Position numbers and translations under genes: made by a program. Below the pieces are notes generated by a model that was not told where the DNA came from, did not search any database, and saw only the letters and a program-made list of their open reading frames with translations. DNA of 41,117 nt, taken from positions 1 through 41,117 of the IMG/VR virus record IMGVR_UViG_3300043602_000024; one strand, written 5' to 3'. Positions 8,317 through 16,243 of the stretch are shown here, piece by piece (within the stretch, counting starts at the first letter, position 1; the number at the start of each line of letters is the position of its first letter). The DNA is from a virus. Lineage: Duplodnaviria > Caudoviricetes.

Positions 8317-9377
8317 CCGCACTGCTGGACTGGATCCTCCTCCAAGGCGGGACGAAGCCGCCGCCGAGCGGGGAGCCGTGGAAGACCGTCACCGAGGCCC
8401 AACTCCGACACTGGACAGGGAACTTCTGCGGGCCGGCGCTCTCGATGATTGCACCCGCGTGCCCGCAAGACCCGGTGACGCAGATACGGTGTGCGACGAC
8501 GAGCGGCAAGCAAGCGTATGGGCTGCAGCAAGGGGTGTGCTTTTCGACCCATCTGCTGAACTACACCGAGGCGCAGCAGGACGAGATTCTCGCCAACTAT
8601 CACGGCAGTCATTTTCCGTTCAACTGCACCGATGACCCGACGGGGTGGGGCTATTCCGGTATCTTCCCGCCGTGTCCGTCGGGAGACCCGGTGCTCCTCA
8701 ATGCCGCGCTGAAGAAGATCTGGAGAGCGGGCAAGATTCCGGTCTGCGTGATTCTTGGCTACCACGACAAGAACACGGATGAGGCGTGGGCGCAGTTCGT
8801 CAAGTTACTTGACGATCCATTACTGGTCAGGATTGTCCTGCCGGGGATGGAGATGAACGAAGCGATCCCCGACCGGGCCGAGATTGCTAAGACGATTCTC
8901 CGTGCGGCTCGCTATCTGCCGTGGGCGCTGATCTACGTCGAGTGGGGACCTGGGCACGGAGCCGGGGATAGTCCCGAGCCTGACTGGTATGGGAACGGCT
9001 GGCGAGCGGACGAGGTGTTCTACGACTCCGCGGGCGAACCCTATACGCACGGCTACGACTGGCCTGGGTATCAGAACATCGTGCAGGCCGCGGGATTGCT
9101 CATCAATGACGCGAACTTTAATAACGCCGAGAAGCTCTACGAAGAGACGGGGAACTGGCTGATCCGGCTCCAGCAGCACGGCTATTGGGGCTTACGACGC
9201 ACGATAGATAGCATCCTCTTCGAGACGGTGGCGATTCCCAGGTTCTGGGACAACCGAGACCTCGCGTCCTGTGACGCCCATAACCAGCTCACGCTCGACG
9301 AGTGCTACTACCACGACTACACCGATAGGGGCATTACGGCGCGACTGGCCGGCTACTGCAACTATTCGGGCCGCTAG
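8313..9377 (+). CDS. Hypothetical 354-aa protein; possible TIM-barrel glycoside hydrolase/endolysin
   Basis: Last gene of the lysis-like operon; GMEMNE and ILFET acidic motifs; aromatic-rich. Function is inferred. Confidence 0.5.
   Translation: MTALLDWILLQGGTKPPPSGEPWKTVTEAQLRHWTGNFCGPALSMIAPACPQDPVTQIRCATTSGKQAYGLQQGVCFSTHLLNYTEAQQDEILANYHGSHFPFNCTDDPTGWGYSGIFPPCPSGDPVLLNAALKKIWRAGKIPVCVILGYHDKNTDEAWAQFVKLLDDPLLVRIVLPGMEMNEAIPDRAEIAKTILRAARYLPWALIYVEWGPGHGAGDSPEPDWYGNGWRADEVFYDSAGEPYTHGYDWPGYQNIVQAAGLLINDANFNNAEKLYEETGNWLIRLQQHGYWGLRRTIDSILFETVAIPRFWDNRDLASCDAHNQLTLDECYYHDYTDRGITARLAGYCNYSGR
8798..8814. promoter_or_regulatory. Intragenic palindrome CGTCAAG-TTA-CTTGACG, copy 1
   Basis: Identical to 13246-13262; one mismatch to 14341-14357. 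Confidence 0.6.
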
Positions 9378-9721
9378 AACTGTAGATACGCCAGTCCAGT
9401 CGTCGGCTGCATCAAGGTAATTCCACCGCTATACGTCCCCTCTGGTCCGTCCACAATCGTGGGGTGCGGGAAGTTCAACGGGAACTCCTGCACGAGGCCG
9501 AGGTGGGTGACCTTCGTAAAGTCCACCGTGATCGTGCCGCGGTGAATCTCAAGCGGTCCCTGCTGCATGGTCATCGTGATATGCGGGTTGTCTCGATAGG
9601 CAGTTAGCGTCTCTCGTTTCCGGTCGAAACGGTAGAACGCCCGCAGATATTTCCATCCCACGAGGCGGTCGTGCTGGTCGAACAGTCGGATGGTGACGGG
9701 CACGGTCTTGGGGATTCGCAT
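9374..9721 (-). CDS. Hypothetical protein (115 aa), probably leaderless
   Basis: Fills the gap and shares a convergent CTAG stop overlap. TGnTAGAGT lies 7 nt before the ATG. Confidence 0.7.
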   Translation of the reverse strand: MRIPKTVPVTIRLFDQHDRLVGWKYLRAFYRFDRKRETLTAYRDNPHITMTMQQGPLEIHRGTITVDFTKVTHLGLVQEFPLNFPHPTIVDGPEGTYSGGITLMQPTTGLAYLQF

Positions 9722-9728
9722 ACGCGAG

Positions 9729-9774
9729 ACTCTAACATAAGTTGTTGACTACAAGATAACCCTTCGTCTAGACT
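9729..9774. promoter_or_regulatory. Divergent sigma70-like promoters with TTGTTGACTACAAG motif
   Basis: + strand: TTGACT(9745)-18-TAGACT(9769). - strand: extended -10 TGtTAGAGT (9737-9729). Confidence 0.7.
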
Positions 9775-9792
9775 CCCGTTCTGGGAGGCGAG

Positions 9793-10218
9793 ATGACCGA
9801 AGTCGAAAAGCATGTGCTGTGGTTATTCCTGGAAGTCGCCGGGCTGCTCGTGGTCTTGGCGTCGATGGACGGGCTGATTACGTTGCTGCGCTGGATTGTC
9901 GGTCGGAGTCAGCGACGGGTCGACCATCGTCGGTTTGTGGAGCAGTTCCGGTCGGTCGAGACGCACGAGCCGTCAGCGTATCAGCCTCGGATGTCGATTC
10001 GGAAAGAGGCGGACCCGTTTGGGTATGACGAGATGCCGCCGATGACCACCCTCACGGCCAATCATCCGACGACGCGGTATGCCGATGCGCTCGATACCGA
10101 TAAGTGGGGCTATACCGAGAGTCAGGAACTCGGTATTCGTGTGCCATATCTCAAGCGGTGGGATGGCCCAAAAGAGGCCGATCAGATCGTGATTGAGGCG
10201 AGGAAAGGACCGCGATGA
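9793..10218 (+). CDS. Hypothetical membrane-anchored protein
   Basis: GGAGG SD and N-terminal hydrophobic segment. Confidence 0.7.
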   Translation: MTEVEKHVLWLFLEVAGLLVVLASMDGLITLLRWIVGRSQRRVDHRRFVEQFRSVETHEPSAYQPRMSIRKEADPFGYDEMPPMTTLTANHPTTRYADALDTDKWGYTESQELGIRVPYLKRWDGPKEADQIVIEARKGPR

Positions 10219-10463
10219 GCACGAAGATGGGACGCCCTGCGATCTTCCCGGGCAAAGACCTGAAGAAGATCATCAAGGGGCATACGACAAAGACTGGGAA
10301 GAAGGCGTTTGAGGAGGCGCGATCACGGCTGGCAAAGATTGCCGGTTGGAAGGTGAGATCGGTGTCCGATGGGGACGTGATCGAGTATCTGAGCCGGGGG
10401 CATCTAGCGACGGTGGATTACCTCTACAGCCAGGGTGTGACCTTGGCTGGCACTGGGCAGTGA
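10215..10463 (+). CDS. Small basic DNA-binding protein (ribbon-helix-helix-like)
   Basis: MGRP N-terminus, basic composition, VSDGDVIEYL terminal helix, AAGGA SD. Confidence 0.55.
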   Translation: MSTKMGRPAIFPGKDLKKIIKGHTTKTGKKAFEEARSRLAKIAGWKVRSVSDGDVIEYLSRGHLATVDYLYSQGVTLAGTGQ

Positions 10464-10464
10464 G

Positions 10465-10507
10465 ATAAAAGAAAACGGCCCGACCGTGGGCTGAGCACGA
10501 CCGGGCC
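10465..10507 (-). terminator. Intrinsic terminator on the minus strand
   Basis: ggcccggtcgtg-ctcagcc-cacggtcgggcc followed by gttttctttt. Confidence 0.7.
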
Positions 10508-10536
10508 TGCGAGAGCGAGGGTCTGAGTGACTGCGG
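10465..10536 (-). ncRNA. Candidate ~70-nt antisense small RNA
   Basis: Minus-strand TTGTCA(10570-10565)-17-TAAACT(10547-10542) with TGn extension; ends in a hairpin plus U-tract. Confidence 0.55.
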
Positions 10537-10563
10537 GGCTGAGTTTACCAAAAGAGGGGACCT

Positions 10564-11376
10564 ATGACAAAGAGTGACGCGATTAACGAGTTAGCGGCGG
10601 CGATGGCGAAGGCGCAAGCGGTGATGACCGGGGCGAAGAAGGACGCGGCCAATCCGTTCTTCAAGTCGCACTATGCCGATTTGGCGAGTGTGCGGGAAGC
10701 CTGTATGCCGGCGCTGACGGCGCACGGGCTGAGCGTGATTCAGTTCCCGCGGCTGGTCTCGGCAGATCAGGGGGGCATGGTGGTCGAGGTCGAGACCATC
10801 CTGGCGCATTCGTCGGGGCAGTTCATCGCCGATACGCTCTCGGTGCCGGTGACGAAAGCGGACGCCCAAGGGGTCGGGTCGGCCATCACCTACGCTCGTC
10901 GCTACGCTCTGGGCGCGGTGGCCGGCGTGGCGGCAGAGGATGACGACGGGGAGGGCGCGGTGGGCCGGTCCACAAAGGCGCACGTCTCGACGTGGGCTGA
11001 GAGTGGGTATCAGCCGAAGCCGCAGACGCTCTCGCCGGTCGAGGCTCCTGTGACGCCGCCGAAGCCGTCGCAGGGTTATGTGCCTGTTGGTCAGTTCCCG
11101 CCGACGCCGGTCAAGTCAGGCCGCGTCATCACCGAGAAGCAGGCGAAGCGGCTGTTTGCCATCATCAAGAGCTCTGGCCGTGACGTGGAAGTGGTCAAGG
11201 CGTGGATCTTTGCCCACTACGGCGTCCAGCACTCGAAGGACATCCCACTCGCGGACTACGAGGCCATCACCAAGGCCGTCGAGGCTCCAGGGGCGCTGCC
11301 GGGGGCCGAGCGGGAGCCGGGGGATGAGGACATGGACTACGGCCCAGACGAGGGCGATGGACCGGACCGAGGCTAA
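10564..11376 (+). CDS. erf: ERF-family single-strand annealing protein
   Basis: NPFFKSHYADL, TILAHSSGQF and QGVGSAITYARRYAL...EDDDG signatures. Confidence 0.95.
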   Translation: MTKSDAINELAAAMAKAQAVMTGAKKDAANPFFKSHYADLASVREACMPALTAHGLSVIQFPRLVSADQGGMVVEVETILAHSSGQFIADTLSVPVTKADAQGVGSAITYARRYALGAVAGVAAEDDDGEGAVGRSTKAHVSTWAESGYQPKPQTLSPVEAPVTPPKPSQGYVPVGQFPPTPVKSGRVITEKQAKRLFAIIKSSGRDVEVVKAWIFAHYGVQHSKDIPLADYEAITKAVEAPGALPGAEREPGDEDMDYGPDEGDGPDRG

Positions 11377-11942
11377 TGGCTCTGGCGTTCTCGGAGCCAA
11401 GTCATTCCTACTTCCTCGATGGGGTCCGCGTTCCGTCGGTGACGCAGTTGCTCCAACTTGGGGGATATGTGACCCCGGGAGCGTGGTTCAGTGAGAAGGC
11501 CGCGCAACGAGGGACCGAGGTGCATCGGTTAACAGCCGATTTTGACCTCGGTGCCCTCACGCTGGAGGACCACGACAGCCTCTATGCGGGTTATCTCGAG
11601 GCCCACGTTAAAGCCATGAAGGTCATCAATCCGGTCTGGGAGCATATAGAGCAAGCCTTTGTTCATCCCGGCCACAAGGTAGCCGGCAGGCCAGATCGTG
11701 TCGGTCGCATTTATGGAGCAATGAGCGTCTGTGACCTGAAAACTGGCGGGCCGGCTGACTGGCATCCGTTGCAGTTGGCGCTCCAGTGCGTGATTGTGGC
11801 CGATACGGTCAACCTCCCGGCTGAGGAGATTCACCGATACGCAATTTACCTTTCACGAACTGGCTCTTACCGGGTCCAGCGGCACGAGGACCGAAGAGAC
11901 TTCGACCGGGCCTATGAGCTCCTGCGGAGGTTTGCGGGATGA
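11376..11942 (+). CDS. PD-(D/E)XK exonuclease (recombination partner of Erf)
   Basis: HSYFLDG.RVPSVTQ, RGTEVH, AGRPDR, DLKTG and QLALQ motifs. Confidence 0.88.
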   Translation: MALAFSEPSHSYFLDGVRVPSVTQLLQLGGYVTPGAWFSEKAAQRGTEVHRLTADFDLGALTLEDHDSLYAGYLEAHVKAMKVINPVWEHIEQAFVHPGHKVAGRPDRVGRIYGAMSVCDLKTGGPADWHPLQLALQCVIVADTVNLPAEEIHRYAIYLSRTGSYRVQRHEDRRDFDRAYELLRRFAG

Positions 11943-12310
11943 TCCCGAAGCCTGAACCCCTCAAGACCGTCAGAGCCCGCAAGAAGCGGCTCGAGGCCAA
12001 GGCGCTGCAGAAGGCCCGAGCCGAGTGTGTGAGCCGAGATTTTTACTGTCGCGTATCCGCTGCAACCTTCCTGGGGCCCTGTAGCGGGCCGTCAGAGTTC
12101 GCCCATCTCCCAAGCCATCGGCGCTCGAAAACACGCGGACAGGCCCCAGAGGACCGGCACGATAGCCGCTACGCGATGATGGCGTGCAAGCTGCACCACG
12201 TCTTGCTCGATACGCACCGATATTCGCTCGAGGCCGTGCATCCCACGGTTGGCGCCTGGGGGCCGTTGCGGGTAACGTCGGCGGCTCTGGGACTGTCGAC
12301 GGACATCTAA
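11939..12310 (+). CDS. Zn-binding HNH-like protein
   Basis: RD..C...C.GPSEFAH...CKLHH pattern with a basic N-terminus. Confidence 0.6.
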   Translation: MIPKPEPLKTVRARKKRLEAKALQKARAECVSRDFYCRVSAATFLGPCSGPSEFAHLPSHRRSKTRGQAPEDRHDSRYAMMACKLHHVLLDTHRYSLEAVHPTVGAWGPLRVTSAALGLSTDI

Positions 12311-12337
12311 AAATAAATCTCACGAGACACGAAATAC

Positions 12338-12369
12338 TTGTTGACTAGAAGTAGGAGTGTCTGTAGTAT
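12338..12369 (+). promoter_or_regulatory. Sigma70-like promoter with TTGTTGACTAGAAG motif
   Basis: TTGACT(12341)-17-TAGTAT(12364) with AT-rich upstream sequence. ATG lies 7 nt downstream (leaderless). Confidence 0.75.
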
Positions 12370-12376
12370 CTCGTTT

Positions 12377-12535
12377 ATGGCTGATGCACATACGGCAAAT
12401 CTGGTGACGTTCTTGAACTACAACGGGCAGCGCGGGACCGAGAAGCAGGTCGAGCGGCTGCGTCGGCAGTTTCCCGAGTCGCAGGCGCATGTCCTGCGCC
12501 GGATGTTGGCTGAGCGCGGTTTGGAGGTGCGGTAA
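12377..12535 (+). CDS. Hypothetical protein (52 aa)
   Basis: ATG at the predicted transcription start; carries the GGAGGT SD for the next gene. Confidence 0.65.
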   Translation: MADAHTANLVTFLNYNGQRGTEKQVERLRRQFPESQAHVLRRMLAERGLEVR

Positions 12536-12747
12536 TGGCTGCGAATTACAGGGTGCGAGATGACGCCGGCTACTGCGAGTGCGGGAACTACCTGATGTCA
12601 CCGAAAGAGCAGAACGACGGCAAGTGTTGGGGCTGCCACCAGGACGACGTGGAGCGTCGGCAGCACTTGGACGAAGCCGGGGCGGATTCTGACGACGAGG
12701 CGGGACGGCGGGAACTGGTGCGGTCACTGCGGACGGTGTGGGAGTAG
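12535..12747 (+). CDS. Small CxC...CxxC zinc-binding protein
   Basis: CECG and CWGC motifs; strong SD. Confidence 0.7.
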   Translation: MAANYRVRDDAGYCECGNYLMSPKEQNDGKCWGCHQDDVERRQHLDEAGADSDDEAGRRELVRSLRTVWE

Positions 12748-12749
12748 TC

Positions 12750-12932
12750 ATGGCGAACAAGGCTGAGATGCTGGTGGTGCATTGGAGTCGAATCAATTTC
12801 GATTCCCCGTGCTTAGGTCGCCGCCGTATGTTCTCAGTGAGGTCTGGTGGACCGCGAGTGCATCGTGATTTAGAGAAGGTGACCTGTTCAGCGTGCCTAG
12901 CGGTGGCATACAAGAAAAAGGGTAGGGCGTGA
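12750..12932 (+). CDS. Small Cys/His protein
   Basis: GGAG SD, VTCSACL motif, GTGA coupling to the next gene. Confidence 0.65.
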   Translation: MANKAEMLVVHWSRINFDSPCLGRRRMFSVRSGGPRVHRDLEKVTCSACLAVAYKKKGRA

Positions 12933-13891
12933 TGGCAAACAAGGCCGAGCTAGATCTGGTGGCTGACGAGCAGACGTTTATCGAGCAGGCCGGGGCGGCG
13001 TTCTCTACGCTGGTGCAGAACGTCCGCGGGTTTCTCGTGCTGGCGAAGGAACTTGAGGAGGATGCGGCAGGGATGCTGTCGGAGATGCAGTCCGTTCGAC
13101 CGCCGCAGACCCCGGCAGAAGATGAGCGAGTGCAAGTCCTCATTAAGCAGGCGAACGGCTGCAAGAAGACCATCGGGGACCATTGGGGTATCTGTTCGAC
13201 CGTGCATCAACTACACCGTCGCCTCACGGCCCGTCGTGACCGAGGCGTCAAGTTACTTGACGAAGCGGCGTCTATCGGGAACGCCCTGCACAACGCCTAT
13301 ATAGCCGCCGAGCGTCTCAAGGCCCAGAAAGAGCAGGACCGGCTGCGAGCGATTGCCGAAGAGGACGCCCGACGGGTGCGTCAGGCCGAGCTCGAGCGGC
13401 TCGAGGCCCTTGCGCTGGCGTCGGAGTCTGGCTCCGATGCCCTCTCGGCCCGCGAGCAGGCGTTCTGCGAGGCGATGATGGTCGAGGGCACGTCCTACGA
13501 CTATGCCGCGGCGAAGGCGGGCTACAAAGACCCTCAGGGCCAGGGCAAGCGGCTCATGAAGACCGAGAAGATCGCCGTCGCGCTCAAGGCCATGCACGAA
13601 GCTCTCGAGATTCGCCGGCAGGCGGCGGCGGTCAAGGCCGAGCCTTTGGCGGTCTCCATGGTCGAGGTCAAGGCCAACGTGACGAAGGCGGCAGGGACGC
13701 AGGAGCGGACGACGCGCAGCCTGGAGGTCTTCGACGTCGAGGCGTGGCGGGTCGGGGTGCTGACGGGGGCGATTCCCTCAGACACGATGCAGCCATCTCC
13801 CGCCGTCCTGAACGCCTATGCGCGGTCGCTCGGGGCGATGGTCAACCGTTGGCCCGGCTGCAAGTTGGTCGAGAAAACTCAGGTGGTGTAA
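12929..13891 (+). CDS. Coiled-coil (Gam/gp157-like) protein with an inserted TerS-type HTH
   Basis: Long coiled coil; C-terminal EVFD...LNAYARS...PGCKLVE domain; internal LSAREQAFCE...AAAKAGY...GKRLMK. Confidence 0.65.
   Translation: MMANKAELDLVADEQTFIEQAGAAFSTLVQNVRGFLVLAKELEEDAAGMLSEMQSVRPPQTPAEDERVQVLIKQANGCKKTIGDHWGICSTVHQLHRRLTARRDRGVKLLDEAASIGNALHNAYIAAERLKAQKEQDRLRAIAEEDARRVRQAELERLEALALASESGSDALSAREQAFCEAMMVEGTSYDYAAAKAGYKDPQGQGKRLMKTEKIAVALKAMHEALEIRRQAAAVKAEPLAVSMVEVKANVTKAAGTQERTTRSLEVFDVEAWRVGVLTGAIPSDTMQPSPAVLNAYARSLGAMVNRWPGCKLVEKTQVV
13246..13262. promoter_or_regulatory. Intragenic palindrome, copy 2
   Basis: cgtcaagttacttgacg. Confidence 0.6.
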
Positions 13892-13892
13892 A

Positions 13893-13927
13893 TAGTTGTT
13901 GACTACAAGTGTAGACGTGTGTAGAGT
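13893..13927 (+). promoter_or_regulatory. Sigma70-like promoter with TTGTTGACTACAAG motif
   Basis: TTGACT(13899)-17-TAGAGT(13922). Confidence 0.75.
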
Positions 13928-13949
13928 CTTGGTCGAGGAGATCATCACA

Positions 13950-14105
13950 ATGATTTACATGGCCCCAATCACGCTTCCCACTCTCCCGGCGGAAATTTCT
14001 CTGCTCGCCAAAATCCTCCGCGCTGAGTCGTTCGGCGCTCTCACGCATCGGCAGGCCATCGAGCAAGCGAGGAGCCTCCTCCTCGCTCGAAAGGTGGGGG
14101 CCTAA
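13950..14105 (+). CDS. Hypothetical protein (51 aa)
   Basis: GAGGAG SD and TAATG coupling. Confidence 0.6.
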   Translation: MIYMAPITLPTLPAEISLLAKILRAESFGALTHRQAIEQARSLLLARKVGA

Positions 14106-14428
14106 TGGCGAGAACCCATACGCACGACTGCGCGACCTGCGGGAAGGACTACTCCTGCCCTGGCACGTATACGCGGAACTACGACGGGTTTCCTGAAGCT
14201 GTCTGTTCGGCATGGCACGAGGCCCACGAGCGGGAGTGTGGAGACTGCCGCGAGCTCCACGCCTGCGACGAGTGCGGGGCGAAGCTCAACGGCGTCACGG
14301 CTTACGGTCTCGGGCACTACTGCGCGGAGTGCATCGATGCCGTCAAGTTACTTGATGACGCCGAGATTGTGGACGCACTGGACCAGGTGCGGGCGTCGAT
14401 GAACGGGCATCTACTGCCGAAGTCTTGA
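14105..14428 (+). CDS. Cys-rich multi-zinc-finger protein
   Basis: CATC, CGDC, CDEC and CAEC motifs. Confidence 0.7.
   Translation: MARTHTHDCATCGKDYSCPGTYTRNYDGFPEAVCSAWHEAHERECGDCRELHACDECGAKLNGVTAYGLGHYCAECIDAVKLLDDAEIVDALDQVRASMNGHLLPKS
14341..14357. promoter_or_regulatory. Intragenic palindrome, copy 3 (one mismatch)
   Basis: cgtcaagttacttgatg. Confidence 0.55.
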
Positions 14429-14469
14429 CGACCACGTAACGCGAGCGTATAGTCGCCGCTTGGTATAAT
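14425..14469 (+). promoter_or_regulatory. Tandem promoters of the replication operon
   Basis: TTGACG(14425)-17-TATAGT(14448), plus extended -10 TGgTATAAT (14461-14469). Confidence 0.8.
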
Positions 14470-14476
14470 CCCCTAT

Positions 14477-14567
14477 CGCACCGGGCCTCATGAACTCGGT
14501 GTAAGACGCACCGGGGGCCGTCACTCCACTCCAGGGTAGTGGCGGCTCCCTTCACCCTGGAGGGTGG
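14477..14567 (+). promoter_or_regulatory. Structured 5' leader able to sequester the RBS
   Basis: 13-bp stem 14513-14525/14538-14550; loop ctccagggt is complementary to accctggag (14554-14562). Confidence 0.6.
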
Positions 14568-14569
14568 CT

Positions 14570-14818
14570 ATGGACATCTCCCCGTCCGCTGACGAGATAT
14601 TCGACCGGCCCGACCAACTCACCACTGAAGAACTGAAGATCGTCTACCGAGACTTTGAGGCTGAGATGAGCCTCACGCCGGGACGACGCCCGTTGACGCC
14701 CGAGCAGTTTACCGACCTTGACCGGCGCATCCAGATACGGGTGCTCCAGCGACGGACGAGAACCCTGCAGGCCATGCTGACCTCGGCGCTGACGCTGGCT
14801 TATGGGGTGAGCCGTTGA
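14570..14818 (+). CDS. Hypothetical protein coupled to the helicase gene
   Basis: GGAGG SD 6 nt upstream; TTGA overlap with the next gene. Confidence 0.65.
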   Translation: MDISPSADEIFDRPDQLTTEELKIVYRDFEAEMSLTPGRRPLTPEQFTDLDRRIQIRVLQRRTRTLQAMLTSALTLAYGVSR

Positions 14819-16104
14819 GCCGCCGACCTCCAGTATTAGACGAACAGGTGCCGAAACCTGGTCCTGACGATTGGGGGCCACGGACCTTCGATATCGTCTC
14901 AGAGGGGAACCACTATCGGTTGACGCTGCCGAGTCTTGGCATCACGTTTGATATTGACCAACTCCGCAGGGAACGTGGGGAACTCCACGGGCATCTGACG
15001 GTGCGAAGCGAGATGGCGGCGTCGAGGCGTATCCACGGCAACATCCTGTTGTCTGGCACGACCAATCTCGGCTCGATGCAGACTCGTAAGCGTCTGGGCG
15101 ATATGCTCGCCGCTCGAGCTCTGGCGACGGATATCGATTTCCACGGACTCCTCGAAGAGTTATCGATTGACGTTGAGAACGCCGAAAAGACTGGTTCTCC
15201 AGCCCTTTGCCTTGCCGATACCGAGCCGGTAGATGCCGAGGCCGGATGCTTTGATGTCTACGGTCTGAGGCTCCCGAATCGGCATCCAGGGATGCTCTAC
15301 GGGATGGGCGACACCCTCAAGAGTCAGATTGAACTCTTGATTCTTGGCGAACTGCAGCGGGCCGGCGTCAATACGATGCTGGTCGACTGGGAGATGAGTG
15401 CTGGCGACCATGCGGCACGGTTGAGGGCCCTCTACGGGAACGCGATCCCGAAGGTGATGTATGTGCGGGCTGAGCGGGCCCTCGTCCACGAAGTCGACCG
15501 GTTACAGACCATCATCCATGACAACAAGATCGAGTATGCCGCGTTCGATAGCGTCGGGTTTGGCTGTTCAGGACCGCCAGAAGAGGCCGAGTCGGCGCTA
15601 GGGTTCATGCGGGCGATCCGGCGTCTTGGGATTGGGTCATTGCTTATTGCCCACCAAGCGAAGGGTGAGCACGGCGACCGGAGTCCGTTCGGGTCGGCGT
15701 TCTGGTTCAACTCCTGCCGGGTTATTTACCACGTGCAGCGAGCCGAGGCCATGCTTGATGAGTCCGTGGTGTCGGTGGCGTGCTTCCCGAAGAAGTCGAA
15801 TCTGTATCGCCGCGGCAGGCCGGCCGGTCTGGATTTCAATTTCAGCAATAACCAGACGCGAGTCTCGACGCGGGACGTTTCAACGATGGATGCCTCGATT
15901 GCCGCGAAGGTCAGCACGGCAGACCGTATCAAGTCAGCTTTAAAGTCTGGCCCGAAGTCCTACGCCCAACTGGAAGAGGAAACCGGGGCGTCTGAGGCCG
16001 CGGTGAGGCAGGCGTTTAAGCGCGGCAGTGACCAGGGTCATTTCGAGAAGGACGCGACAGGGCGTATCTGCCTTGTCTCCAAAAGAGAGCAGTTAGGCAC
16101 GTGA
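14815..16104 (+). CDS. AAA/RecA-fold replication helicase (RepA/AAA_25-like) with C-terminal HTH
   Basis: Variant Walker A YGMGDTLKS, LVDWEM, Walker B AAFDS, LLIAH and PFGS motifs; SYAQLEEETG...VRQAFKR HTH; origin-like repeats follow. Confidence 0.8.
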   Translation: MSRRPPVLDEQVPKPGPDDWGPRTFDIVSEGNHYRLTLPSLGITFDIDQLRRERGELHGHLTVRSEMAASRRIHGNILLSGTTNLGSMQTRKRLGDMLAARALATDIDFHGLLEELSIDVENAEKTGSPALCLADTEPVDAEAGCFDVYGLRLPNRHPGMLYGMGDTLKSQIELLILGELQRAGVNTMLVDWEMSAGDHAARLRALYGNAIPKVMYVRAERALVHEVDRLQTIIHDNKIEYAAFDSVGFGCSGPPEEAESALGFMRAIRRLGIGSLLIAHQAKGEHGDRSPFGSAFWFNSCRVIYHVQRAEAMLDESVVSVACFPKKSNLYRRGRPAGLDFNFSNNQTRVSTRDVSTMDASIAAKVSTADRIKSALKSGPKSYAQLEEETGASEAAVRQAFKRGSDQGHFEKDATGRICLVSKREQLGT

Positions 16105-16196
16105 CACGTGTCACGTGACAGCCGTGACTGTCACAAAAGCCCGTGACGTGACACACACACCCTATAGGGGTGTGTCACGCGGGTTGTCACGCGGGT
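16098..16196. repeat. Putative replication origin (GTGAC/GTCAC iterons and palindromes)
   Basis: Perfect 20-bp palindrome 16098-16117, about nine GTGAC/GTCAC units, gtgacacac...ccctataggg...gtgtgtcac inverted repeat, then an AT-rich tract. Confidence 0.75.
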
Positions 16197-16243
16197 GTTC
16201 AAGAGAAGAAATTACAGATACGTAAGCCAAAAGATTGACACTT

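Noticed and set aside
11376-11942. Cas4 or CRISPR-associated nuclease
   Set aside because: Lacks the four-Cys Fe-S pattern and is coupled to erf, so it is a recombination exonuclease.
14478-14502. tRNA-Met-like anticodon arm (ccgggcctcatgaactcgg)
   Set aside because: No D arm, TTC arm or acceptor stem; better explained as part of the leader structure.
16098-16196. CRISPR array
   Set aside because: Units are 5-11 bp, in both orientations, without unique spacers; this fits origin iterons.
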